Origin: an uncultured Alcaligenaceae bacterium
GTDB taxonomy: Bacteria; Planctomycetota; Planctomycetia; Gemmatales; Gemmataceae
Assembly: GCA_964474955.1 (NCBI GenBank)
Contig: CAYYUU010000002.1
Coordinates: 1-26,646 of the forward strand
DNA length: 26,646 nt
Direction of reading: 5' to 3'
The position numbers were made by a program, and so were the translations under genes. Under the pieces are notes generated by a model. That model did no database searches, had not been told where the DNA came from, and was given only the letters and a program-made list of their open reading frames with translations. Shown piece by piece: positions 1 to 8,814 of the stretch (the first letter of the stretch is position 1; the number at the start of each line of letters is the position of its first letter).

Positions 1-1446
1 CTCTCCGGCGTTGACAGCCGGAACGGTGACCTCGGCCGTCGCGATGCCGTTCTGGTACGACACGGGGTAGACTTGCTTGGCCCCGTCCCCAGCCTGGGCC
101 TGAGGTTGACTAAGCGCTGGCGGGCGATCTTTACCGGGGCGTCCCGGCCATACCTCGACCTGGATTCGTTGAATCTTCTTGAACGGATCGAGACAGGCGC
201 AACGGATGGGGACGCGGACCGACCCCTGAGTCGCATATGGTTCACCGACCTCCGACGAGAGCAAACGCCCATTCAGGAGCATCCGGACGTACGGAGCGGG
301 AACGGCGAAGTTGATCTGGGTCCCGCGGATTCCGGCCACCGAAACGCCGACAACGTTCCCGGCCGAGTCGACGACGGGTCCGCCAGAGTTACCGGGGTGC
401 ATGCCTCCGTTGACCTGGATTCGCTGGAGCGTTCCGGCGGCATCCTTGCGGAGGCTCGAGACGGTCGAATCGCTGACAGTGATGTTGTTCCCGAGTTCCT
501 TACCGAGTGGGAACCCGAAGATCCAAACTTTCTGGGTCTCGACGAGCCCGTCCGTTGTCCCAAGGGCTAGCGGCGTGGTCCCGGTGTTCGGGACTCGAAC
601 GACGGCCAGGTCGGTCGTTCGATCAACGCCCAGGACTTTGCCAACAAGGCGCCTCTCGTTGGGTTCGCCACTGTGCAGGACGACTTCGACTTTCCGAGGC
701 GGCTGACTCGTTTTGCTCAGCATCCCCAGGACGTGGGCGTTGGTGATGACGACGCCGGGCTCGATTGCGAAAAACCCGCTACCCTCACCGACCTGCCCGC
801 CGCCGGAAGTAACGCGGAGGTAAACGGTCGCTTCCTTCGTCTTGCGGACGGTCTCGGCCTTGATATTCCCCTGAGGATCGGCGGGTTTGGGTTGTGGAAT
901 CGCTGGGTTCAGATTCGGAGCCTTCGGGCCCTTGGCTTGGGGCTGAGATTTCTGCTCAGTTTTGTCTTTTTGGGGCGTGTCATTGCTGCCTGAACTGCCG
1001 ACCCACACGATGACGGCGATGGCGATCAAGAGCAATCCACCACCGCCGGCACTCAACCCAATGATCAATCCGGTCGGACTCCCGGATTCCTTCTTAGATT
1101 TCTTTCTCGCCCGGCGAGGACTTCGGTCGTCGTCATAATCATCCCGACCGTCGTAGGCGTCCTGAAGAGTGGATCGTTTCCTTTGCAAGTCGTCTCGGTC
1201 GTCGTAATCGTTTCGCCGCGACGGTCGAGAGGCTCGGCGGTCGTCGCGCCGGGACGTGTTCCGGGGTGGTTCCTTACGTGCCTGAACCCGGTCGCGGTGC
1301 GGTTGCGTGGACGAACGCCCTGGTAGCTGAAGGCCCTCTTTACACTCAGGACACCGGATTCGTTTGTCTCGCATACTGTCCGGAACTCTAGCCGTCGTTT
1401 GGCAATTTGGACAAGTGACCCATAGGGCGGAGGGTTGAGAACTCAT
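1..1446 (-). CDS. Membrane-anchored trypsin-like (S1) serine protease with N-terminal zinc ribbon; runs off the left edge (3' partial)
   Basis: Hand translation of the minus strand is open from ATG 1446 (GAGGT SD upstream) to base 1. It reads MSSQPSALWVTCPNCQTTARVPDSMRDKRIRCPECKE (two CxxC), then an Arg/Asp-rich linker, a TM helix (LIIGLSAGGGGLLLIAIAVIVWVG, ~1068-997) and a Pro/Lys linker. The protease domain shows GSGFF, ITNAHV (His), TDLAV (Asp) and HPGNSGGP (Ser, 393-376). Confidence 0.92.
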   Translation of the reverse strand, partial: MSSQPSALWVTCPNCQTTARVPDSMRDKRIRCPECKEGLQLPGRSSTQPHRDRVQARKEPPRNTSRRDDRRASRPSRRNDYDDRDDLQRKRSTLQDAYDGRDDYDDDRSPRRARKKSKKESGSPTGLIIGLSAGGGGLLLIAIAVIVWVGSSGSNDTPQKDKTEQKSQPQAKGPKAPNLNPAIPQPKPADPQGNIKAETVRKTKEATVYLRVTSGGGQVGEGSGFFAIEPGVVITNAHVLGMLSKTSQPPRKVEVVLHSGEPNERRLVGKVLGVDRTTDLAVVRVPNTGTTPLALGTTDGLVETQKVWIFGFPLGKELGNNITVSDSTVSSLRKDAAGTLQRIQVNGGMHPGNSGGPVVDSAGNVVGVSVAGIRGTQINFAVPAPYVRMLLNGRLLSSEVGEPYATQGSVRVPIRCACLDPFKKIQRIQVEVWPGRPGKDRPPALSQPQAQAGDGAKQVYPVSYQNGIATAEVTVPAVNAGE

Positions 1447-2180
1447 AAGGATTACCTCGGGCGGAAGACCGCGAAGACCTTCGAACGGACACAGGAACGG
1501 CGCAGAAGACGATAGTCGCCGAGTACAGTCGAGAACGAAAACGGAGAGGTCGAGAAAAACAGCTGGTGATATAGGGTACAAACCTTATGACTCGAGTGCC
1601 AGTTTTTTCCGATGTGCTTTTGGGAAGAAACGCAATCACTATTGCGAAAGAGTCAAGTTTGGAAAAGTCGCCAAGGACAAAGAACTTCTCGGGGCCCCTC
1701 AAAGCGACCATTCCCTTTACACCAAATCAGGACGATTATTTCTCCCTCCGCCTCCACGATAGGCGACCGGCCCCGAATCGCCACATTTCCTTATCCGGTG
1801 GTTTCTTGGAAAATCGTTAGTTCCGATCGTTTGTGTATTTCTACGGACGTTGCATGTCCTCGGCCTCGAACACGACATTCGCAAGCCGGTTTTTTCCTGC
1901 TCGTGTGCCGCCCAGAGGCTCTTAAAGCCTCAGAATGTCTTTGGCACACATGCCTCGAGCGTTGCTCATCAATACCTTCGTCACTTCCGGACGTTGAGTC
2001 GTGACTGGATGTTGTTGCCACGAGAAGACACACCTGACGGACCCGACGTTGTGAACGTCCAAGTCCCGAGACACGGCGTGACACTCGAGAAATTGTCTTG
2101 GGTTAGGACGCCCTACGCGAGAATCCCTGCGACGGCGATACTTCGCCAAAAAGCCGAGCGAGAGCGAGAACCGAATACGC

Positions 2181-2534
2181 TCAAACCGAACAGAAAAAGT
2201 AGGCGTTTTCGATGTTTTCGGACTGATGTCCGATTTGGGTCGCGTCGAGCACGAGAATTCATCAGGCTTTGGGGAACTGTTTCTCTTCGGCGAGTAGGGC
2301 CTGGGCCATTTGGTGCAACAGGACCCAGTTCTTGGCCCAGGGTTGCCTTTGCAAAAAGCGGATGACGTTGGCCTTGTCGCGGGGGCGAGCCTTCAAAGCC
2401 GCCGCGGCCGACATGCGTTTTCGGAACGAGAGGAACGCGACCATTCATCAAAGGACGTAGTCTCTGGTCGAGTCGGTCACACCGAAGATGGCAAGAAGGA
2501 CTTGGCAATACGGCAGCGGATATGGTCGAATCAC
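2181..2534 (-). pseudogene. Probable N-terminal remnant of a DDE transposase (IS701/IS4-like), with in-frame stops
   Basis: One frame from GTG 2534 reads VIRPYPLPYCQVLLAIFGVTDSTRDYVL**MVAFLSFRKRMSAAAALKARPRDKANVIRFLQRQPWAKNWVLLHQMAQALLAEEKQFPKA**ILVLDATQIGHQSENIENAYFFCSV*. The VAFL..RMSA..R...NV.RFL...W...LDxT..ENxY pattern matches my recollection of planctomycete transposase N-termini, with LDAT as the first catalytic Asp. Not confirmed by a search. Confidence 0.5.
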
Positions 2535-2661
2535 AGGACAACGCCTTCGGTGTTTGTGGTCTTTGAGGAGTTCCAACGTAGTTCGTTGGAGACACAAACG
2601 CCAAGGAGTTTGTTCACAACTACCGCCATAGTGTACAACGTACAGCGCAACCTCAAAACTT

Positions 2662-2728
2662 GCGCTTCAGGCTTGTCAAAACGCCAAGCCAACTCCAATT
2701 CTTCGCTCGCGCTTCAGGCTTGTCAAAA
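2662..2728. repeat. Two tandem half-copies of a REP-like element
   Basis: GCGCTTCAGGCTTGTCAAAA occurs at 2662-2681 and 2709-2728. It shares the core GCTTCAGGCTTGT with the palindrome at 8586-8654. Confidence 0.75.
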
Positions 2729-2797
2729 TACGAAGGACCAAGGGTGTGGCTTCGCTTTGTTTGTCGCACTCCCCAAAACACCAATCGCTTCCGCCCA

Positions 2798-3277
2798 TCA
2801 CCCGAGGTCTTCGACTTCGCCTTTGCGGTTCAAGTATTCTTCGTTTCCGGCGCAATGAAAGACGAATCGATTCCCGTTCTCCCAATCTTTGACGTCGTCG
2901 GGGCTCATTTCGAAGGAATCGGGTTTGGTGTAGAACTCGGCCAGAATCTCGGGCATGTCTTCGATTCCGATGGCGTGATCCGGGAGCCAGAATCGCTTCA
3001 CCTTGATCGGACACTCCTCGAATTTCAGTTCGCTCGGCCAGCTTTCGCTGCAGTCTGCCGTCGCTTCGGATCTGTTTTCCCACTCCGGCGGCACAGGATA
3101 TTGTTTCGCATCCTCGATCTTGAGGATGTTTCCCTGGCGGTCAAAATGCAGCGCAGCCGTCGGGGTTCGGAGGAATTGGATCTCGTCATGGATGACGCCA
3201 GTCCACCATCCGTCTTCGGGGTTGCTTCGGAGGAAGTAGTTATGGTCCTCAGGTCTGTTGTAGAAAGGTTCGTCCAT
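2798..3277 (-). CDS. Hypothetical acidic protein (159 aa)
   Basis: Part of ORF 2798..3391. The likely start is ATG 3277 (MDEPFYNRPE), preceded by GGAGAGGA. The composition is protein-like and rich in aromatic and acidic residues (IKVKRFWLPDHAIGIEDMP, DWENGNRFVFHCAGNEEYLNRKGEV). Confidence 0.75.
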   Translation of the reverse strand: MDEPFYNRPEDHNYFLRSNPEDGWWTGVIHDEIQFLRTPTAALHFDRQGNILKIEDAKQYPVPPEWENRSEATADCSESWPSELKFEECPIKVKRFWLPDHAIGIEDMPEILAEFYTKPDSFEMSPDDVKDWENGNRFVFHCAGNEEYLNRKGEVEDLG

Positions 3278-3303
3278 TCCTCTCCGCGTCCTCGAAAATA
3301 GCC

Positions 3304-3340
3304 AAGCCCTGGAAGGCGTTGAGCCCACCTTCCAGGGCTT
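3304..3340. repeat. 13-bp perfect inverted repeat (hairpin) in the leader of the acidic-protein gene
   Basis: AAGCCCTGGAAGG (3304-3316) pairs with CCTTCCAGGGCTT (3328-3340), with an 11-nt loop. Confidence 0.6.
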
Positions 3341-3508
3341 GAAGTTGTTTGACTTCCATCGGGCGAGGAAACATCCGCCGGTCCGTGTCACTCGAACTCC
3401 GGACTGAGTCTATTTTCCTCAGACCCACTCTCTAGCATAACAAAAGCCCAAGGCCACTCGTCCAGGGAATTTCTCATTTTCACGGACAGACCCGTAAGGC
3501 GCGTGGCA

Positions 3509-3763
3509 TCATAACCAACCTAGATGTTTCGCCAAATCTTGCAACCCAACTTCGACGGCGGCGGTTTCGTCTTTTGCCGTGCTGGCGCTGGGGATGGTTT
3601 TTCCGTTGTTGGTCTGGACGATGGCACAGCCAAACTCTCGCCCCACCGGTCGGGGTCGGAGTCGGTACTGTAATTGGTCGGTGAGAACCACATACCATGT
3701 GTGTTGTTGAGGTCCGGGTTTGAGGGACCCACCTCGCCGCGTCAACCAGTCTGGTGAGTTCAT
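3509..3763 (-). CDS. Small conserved hypothetical protein (84 aa)
   Basis: The ATG at 3763 has GGAG upstream. The sequence (PDWLTRRGGSLK...W...AIVQTNNGK...GLQDLAKHLGW) resembles a small planctomycete hypothetical family as I recall it. Confidence 0.75.
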   Translation of the reverse strand: MNSPDWLTRRGGSLKPGPQQHTWYVVLTDQLQYRLRPRPVGREFGCAIVQTNNGKTIPSASTAKDETAAVEVGLQDLAKHLGWL

Positions 3764-4004
3764 GTTCCGTTCTCCGTGGCCGCAAGAATTGGCACAAACG
3801 CTGGCTTGATAATCCGAATGTATGAAAAAGCCCGAGATATTGTAGAGTGAAAAGGATACGCTGGGGAGAGAAGCGCATTCTCAAAGACGTTGCCACAGAG
3901 AATATTTTGGGGGCCTTCGCTGTGCTTGCCCTCCCCGGCAACAACGAAAATGGCAACACGACATTTCTTTCGGTCAGGATACACTTGCTGCGAGGAGATA
4001 AACG

Positions 4005-5648
4005 ATGACGTTGCATCCATTAGCCGGCCAACCGGCCCCAACAGACGCACTGATCGACGTGGAGAAATTACTTCAGGATTTTTCTGGCCTGCAACCCAAC
4101 CCCAACGACCCAAAGCAAGCCGTCAGTTTCGGCACGAGCGGCCACCGTGGTTCGGCTTCGAATGCCGCGTTCAACGAACCTCACATCGTAGCGATCACCC
4201 AGGCCATCTGCGAGTTCCGAAGGAGCAAAGGCTTGTTCGGCCCAGTCTTCGTGGGAAAGGATTCCCATGCCTTGTCGGTCCCGGCAGAAAGGACGGCCCT
4301 CGAAGTCTTGGTGGCCAATGGGATCGAGACGTTCTACCAGCAAGACAATGGGTACACGCCGACACCCGTGGTCTCTCACGCCATTCTGAACTACAACCGT
4401 GCGAGGACGGCTGGGCTGTGTGACGGCATCATCATCACACCTTCGCACAACCCGCCATCGGATGGCGGGTTGAAATACAATCCTCCGAACGGCGGTCCGG
4501 CCGAAAGTGAAATGACCGACTGGATTCAGAATCGGGCGAACGACATTCTTCGCGGCGGCGTCGGGAAGGTCAAGCGGACTCCCTACGAGCAAGCGGTCGC
4601 AGCGAAAACGACTGTCGCAGCGGATCTCATGACGCCTTACATCGAAGACCTGGGTAAAGTCATCGACTTCGATGCCATCAAATCATCGGGTTTGAAAATC
4701 GGCGTCGATCCTCTTGGCGGGGCGAGCGTCCGATACTGGGAGCCGATTGCCGCTCGCTATGGGTTGAACATCACCGTAGTCAACAAAGAGGTCGATCCCA
4801 CGTTCCGATTTTTGACGCTCGATCACGACGGCAAGATTCGCATGGATTGTTCGAGCCCCCACGCCATGGCCAATCTCGTCAAGCTAAAGGACGATTATGA
4901 CGTGGCGTTCGGCAACGACCCGGACGCGGACCGCCACGGCATCGTGACGCCTTCGGCGGGTCTCATGAACCCGAACCACTACCTCGCTGTGGCCATCCGG
5001 TATTTGTTCGGCTACCGAAAGAAGTGGTCGGCGTCCGCGGCCATTGGCAAGACGCTCGTGTCGAGCAGCATGATCGACCGGGTGGCGAAACAACTCAATC
5101 GTAAGCTCGTCGAAGTGCCGGTCGGTTTCAAATGGTTCGACAGTGGGTTGTTCGACGGTTGGCTCGGATTCGGCGGAGAAGAAAGCGCCGGAGCGAGTTT
5201 CTTACGCACCGACGGAACGGTCTGGACGACCGACAAGGACGGAATCATTATGTGCCTGTTGGCTGCCGAGATGACTGCGAAAACCGGCAAGGACCCCGGA
5301 GAGCACTATCAAGAGCTGACGAGCCAATTCGGTGTGCCGTTCTACAAACGTGTCGACCAACCTGCGACGCGCGAACAAAAGGCCGTGCTCAAGAAACTCG
5401 CTCCCGATGCCGTCACGGCTTCTACTCTCGCGGGAGACCCCATCATCGCCAAACTCACCCGTGCGCCTGGAAACAACGCGGCCATAGGCGGACTGAAGGT
5501 CACGACCGAACACGGTTGGTTTGCGGCTCGGCCCTCGGGCACGGAGGATATCTACAAAATCTACGCCGAGAGCTTCAAAGGCGAGGAGCATCTCAACACG
5601 ATTCTGGAAGAGGCGGCGACGATCGTCAACAAGGCGTTGGGTGGATGA
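4005..5648 (+). CDS. pgm: Phosphoglucomutase (alpha-D-glucose-1,6-bisphosphate-dependent)
   Basis: 547 aa with FGTSGHRG, the catalytic TPSHNPP, the metal-binding [14 protein letters not shown] and [17 protein letters not shown]. Confidence 0.97.
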   Translation: MTLHPLAGQPAPTDALIDVEKLLQDFSGLQPNPNDPKQAVSFGTSGHRGSASNAAFNEPHIVAITQAICEFRRSKGLFGPVFVGKDSHALSVPAERTALEVLVANGIETFYQQDNGYTPTPVVSHAILNYNRARTAGLCDGIIITPSHNPPSDGGLKYNPPNGGPAESEMTDWIQNRANDILRGGVGKVKRTPYEQAVAAKTTVAADLMTPYIEDLGKVIDFDAIKSSGLKIGVDPLGGASVRYWEPIAARYGLNITVVNKEVDPTFRFLTLDHDGKIRMDCSSPHAMANLVKLKDDYDVAFGNDPDADRHGIVTPSAGLMNPNHYLAVAIRYLFGYRKKWSASAAIGKTLVSSSMIDRVAKQLNRKLVEVPVGFKWFDSGLFDGWLGFGGEESAGASFLRTDGTVWTTDKDGIIMCLLAAEMTAKTGKDPGEHYQELTSQFGVPFYKRVDQPATREQKAVLKKLAPDAVTASTLAGDPIIAKLTRAPGNNAAIGGLKVTTEHGWFAARPSGTEDIYKIYAESFKGEEHLNTILEEAATIVNKALGG

Positions 5649-5681
5649 GATCAAGATGAGATCAGGTCGCACGACGTTCAT

Positions 5682-6161
5682 TCAGTCGGGAGCATCAGAC
5701 GTCTGTCCTTCTGCGCCGTAACCTCGTCGTTCCAAGGCCCCGAGGAGTTTTCGTAACACCCGCCCCATGTCTTTCCGGTCGGTGGCCGTCAACTCCTCGG
5801 CGAACAGTTCCACGATCGCGGCTTGCAAAGCCTCGTTGGCTTTTGCCCCAGCTTGTCGCCCTGCCGCCGTGAGTTCGATCAACGTTACACGGCGGTCGTG
5901 GTCGTGAGGACGTCGGCGAACGAGTTCTTCCTTCTCCAACGCATCGACGAGGGTCGTGACGGCACGCGGGGTGACCTGAAGTTGCTCGCTCACGTCCGTC
6001 ATTTTCATGGCTTGGCCACAGCTCAACACCAGGAGCAATCGGCTGCGTGCGGTCGTCGTCTCCACTTCCTGCATTCGGTCTTGCAGATAACGCTTGTACT
6101 GAAAGCCAAAGCTGGCCATCAATTCGGCCAGTTCTTTTACATCGGGCAAACCATCGGACAT
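5682..6161 (-). CDS. MarR family transcriptional regulator
   Basis: 159 aa winged helix with VSEQLQVTPRAVTTLVDALEKEELVRRRPHDHDRRVTLIELTAAG (DRR motif). Confidence 0.93.
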   Translation of the reverse strand: MSDGLPDVKELAELMASFGFQYKRYLQDRMQEVETTTARSRLLLVLSCGQAMKMTDVSEQLQVTPRAVTTLVDALEKEELVRRRPHDHDRRVTLIELTAAGRQAGAKANEALQAAIVELFAEELTATDRKDMGRVLRKLLGALERRGYGAEGQTSDAPD

Positions 6162-6177
6162 GGCGTCAGGGAAGTTG

Positions 6178-6224
6178 TGTCAATCTTGACAAAGTGAGGT
6201 TGTTGTAAATATACAATATGTATA
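6178..6224. promoter_or_regulatory. AT-rich divergent promoter with palindromic operator candidates
   Basis: TGTCAA-TC-TTGACA (6178-6191), TTGTA-AATA-TACAA (6203-6216) and TATACA-ATA-TGTATA (6210-6224) lie between the divergent MarR and PQQ-propeller genes. Confidence 0.6.
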
Positions 6225-6272
6225 GTTTCAAATTGTATCCGATTCCATTTCTACGACCTTTAGGATACGGAG

Positions 6273-8198
6273 ATGCCAGCGATGTCGACAACCCCAGAAA
6301 ACCAAACGCCTTCGTCCCAAATCCAGACCGACGGCCCGCAAGCACAGGCCACCCAGATTCAAGCCGACAAACCTGCCACGAGTCCGCTGCCGGACGTCCA
6401 GAGCCAACGCGAGCCAACGGCACGCCCGGTCCGACTCTGGCCGGGGTTGGTCCTCAGTGTTTTTGGAATCGTTGTTTTCGTGCTGACGTACTTCCTGGTC
6501 GACCTTTTCGAGGCAACCCAGGAATGGAGTAACTCGATCGTGGTGCTTTTCTCTGCGGCCTTGGCCCCCGCGGCGTGCTCAATTTTCCTACTCATTTGGT
6601 GGCTATTTTTTAGTCGGCAGGCTTGGTTCACCAAGGGGAAAGTCCTTGCCCTACTCGCACTGGCCACGACGGCAGTGATGTTCGCGTGCGAGGAGGGTGC
6701 TCGATTCGTCGTCGCGATGTGGGGAATCCCGGCGACAACAGCCGTGATGGTTTTGTACTGGGCGATTTCATCGTCGACGGCCAGCCGGAGTCGAAACATC
6801 GGTTTGGTACTTGTGACCTTGGCCAGTCTTCTGCCGTGGGTAGCATTTCGATTTCAAGGCTCTGCGGGGAATGCTCTGCCGAACTTGACCTTGCGTTGGA
6901 ATGTGACGGTGCGAGACGTCCAAGAACCCGACGAGAACGTCAATCTGGCTTCGATTATGTTACCGAAGGCCGAAACGGTTCGTGAAGATTGGCCCGGATT
7001 TCGCGGACCGAACCGAGATGCGATCATTCCGAACCTAACCATCTCGCCCGAGTTTGTCACGACACCGCCCAAGCCCCTTTGGAAGACGGACGTCGGAGAC
7101 GGCTGGTCGTCGTGCGTCATCGTTGGGAATTTGCTCTACACCCAAGAACAACGCAACACAGAATACGAAGCGGTCGTCTGCTACGACGCGGACAACGGGG
7201 AAGCGATTTGGATTCACAAGGAGAAAGCTCGATTCTTCGAGAGCCAGGGGCGGGCCGGCCCTCGCGCCACTCCGACTTACGAAGACGGCAAGCTCTACGT
7301 CATGGGTGCGACGGGTCTTTTGCTGTGCCTGGACGCGCGAGACGGTTCCAAGAAATGGGGCGTCAACATCACCGATACCATCCAGGCCGAAGTGCCGACG
7401 TGGGGCTTCTCGGCCTCGCCTTTGGTTTATAAGGACACGGTATACGTCCAGGGGGGAGGGAAAAATAATCAACCGATCTTGCTGGCCTTCGACAAGAAGA
7501 CCGGCGATTTCAAATGGGGCGCCGGGTCGGGCGACACGCAATATTGTTCTCCGGTCCTCATGAAGCTCGATGGCGTGGAACAAATCATCATGCAATCCGG
7601 GTCCGGCATCACGAGCCACGATCCGAAGAGCGGGGATGTCCTGTGGAAACTCAAATGGGGTGCGCCCATGCCATCGAGTGTTGTTGCAATGCCCTGCAAG
7701 GTCGGGCCGAATTCTCTGGTCGCGGCAGTGGGTCATGGTTCCGGCATGAAACGATTGAAGGTCACGAAATCCGGTGGAAAGTGGAACGTCGAAACGCAAT
7801 GGAAAACGACCCGATTTGATCCGCGGTTCAACGACTTCATTTGCCACAACGGATACCTGTATGGGCTCTCTGCGGGCTTCCTCGAATGTTACGACCTCGA
7901 AACCGGAAGCCGCAAATGGCGAGGCGAGAAATACGGTTTCGGGCAATTACTGCTGGTCGGCGACAAGCTACTCGTGGTTTCGGAGAAGCGGGTGTTTACT
8001 GCCGAAAAAGGTTTTGTTGTGTTGGTGAAAGCCGACCCCAGCAGATTCACGCCTCTCGGGAAGTTTCTCGCCATCAACGGAAAAGCCTGGAATCATCCAG
8101 CCATCGCCGACAATAAGTTGTATCTGCGGACGGACAAGCAGATGGTTTGTTATCCGCTCATGTTGGGCGAGAATGCTCCCGACGCGAAGAAGGAGTGA
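6273..8198 (+). CDS. Membrane-anchored PQQ-binding-like (BamB-like) beta-propeller protein
   Basis: The N-terminal ~200 aa contain several hydrophobic TM helices. These are followed by DWPGFRGPNRD, GDGWSS, GPRATPT, WGFSASPL, YCSPV, WNHPAI and LYLRT, typical of planctomycete PQQ_2 propellers. An alternative start is at 6282. Confidence 0.9.
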   Translation: MPAMSTTPENQTPSSQIQTDGPQAQATQIQADKPATSPLPDVQSQREPTARPVRLWPGLVLSVFGIVVFVLTYFLVDLFEATQEWSNSIVVLFSAALAPAACSIFLLIWWLFFSRQAWFTKGKVLALLALATTAVMFACEEGARFVVAMWGIPATTAVMVLYWAISSSTASRSRNIGLVLVTLASLLPWVAFRFQGSAGNALPNLTLRWNVTVRDVQEPDENVNLASIMLPKAETVREDWPGFRGPNRDAIIPNLTISPEFVTTPPKPLWKTDVGDGWSSCVIVGNLLYTQEQRNTEYEAVVCYDADNGEAIWIHKEKARFFESQGRAGPRATPTYEDGKLYVMGATGLLLCLDARDGSKKWGVNITDTIQAEVPTWGFSASPLVYKDTVYVQGGGKNNQPILLAFDKKTGDFKWGAGSGDTQYCSPVLMKLDGVEQIIMQSGSGITSHDPKSGDVLWKLKWGAPMPSSVVAMPCKVGPNSLVAAVGHGSGMKRLKVTKSGGKWNVETQWKTTRFDPRFNDFICHNGYLYGLSAGFLECYDLETGSRKWRGEKYGFGQLLLVGDKLLVVSEKRVFTAEKGFVVLVKADPSRFTPLGKFLAINGKAWNHPAIADNKLYLRTDKQMVCYPLMLGENAPDAKKE

Positions 8199-8354
8199 CC
8201 CTCGATTCGAAAGTGATATATTGGAAAAAAGTGTAAAGCCACGGGGCGAATAGATAAATCCGAGTCGTGTTCGTGATATTTCGGGGAGTGTCGTCTTTCG
8301 CTCCTTTGAAAGAACGCCTCTGTGATGTTGTTTCGAATCCAAAGCGGGAAATGT

Positions 8355-8407
8355 GTACGCAAAAAGCACAAAAACCCCTAATCCTGATTTTTGCGCTTTT
8401 TGTGTAC
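8355..8407. repeat. A-tract-rich 20-bp imperfect inverted repeat
   Basis: GTACGCAAAAAGCACAAAAA (8355-8374) pairs with TTTTTGCGCTTTTTGTGTAC (8388-8407) with two deviations and a 13-nt loop, in the gap between convergent genes. Confidence 0.7.
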
Positions 8408-8585
8408 CTAATTTCCCGTCCCCGTCTCGAATTTGGGAGTTCCCACAACCATCGGTTCGGAGCTTCTGAGAGTAGCTCGGGCTTGTGTTGAGATCGACAA
8501 CAACAGCGCTCCTGCCTGTTGGGAACCGGAAAGTCTCGAACCAAGGCGACCTACCCGAGAGCGGTTCACGCTTGGGTTGGGCACA

Positions 8586-8654
8586 TTTCTACAAGCCTGA
8601 AGCGTAAGCGAAGGACAAGAAAGAGCCTTCGTCCCCGCTTCAGGCTTGTAGAAA
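8586..8654. repeat. REP-like palindrome (19-bp perfect arms plus inner 6-bp stem)
   Basis: TTTCTACAAGCCTGAAGCG (8586-8604) pairs with CGCTTCAGGCTTGTAGAAA (8636-8654). The inner stem is CGAAGG/CCTTCG. Confidence 0.8.
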
Positions 8655-8814
8655 ATGCCTGCGGATGACCTCCAACTGTCACCAAAGCAAATGTTATCTG
8701 CTCTTAACGAGATGCACTCTCTGTCTTTTGCCTTCCCCGAGAAAGAACGCACCTCTTTGGCGTCCTTTCGCTCATCGAAAGGCGACACTACAAAACTACT
8801 CCGCCCATAACCTC

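Noticed and set aside
1631-1646. CGCAAT-cact-ATTGCG palindrome upstream of the protease gene
   Set aside because: A single 6-bp-arm palindrome is expected by chance in a window this size, and there is no second copy or cognate regulator.
1450-2180. Short ORFs in the long region upstream of the protease
   Set aside because: They overlap in several frames with no SD, motif or coding-like composition, so the region is left unannotated.
2662-2728. Possible CRISPR array (20-nt repeat, 27-nt spacer)
   Set aside because: There are only two units and no cas genes, and the repeat matches the REP-like palindrome at 8586-8654.
5644-5664. GATGAGATCA direct repeat over the pgm stop
   Set aside because: It is only 10 bp with no associated element, consistent with a small local duplication.
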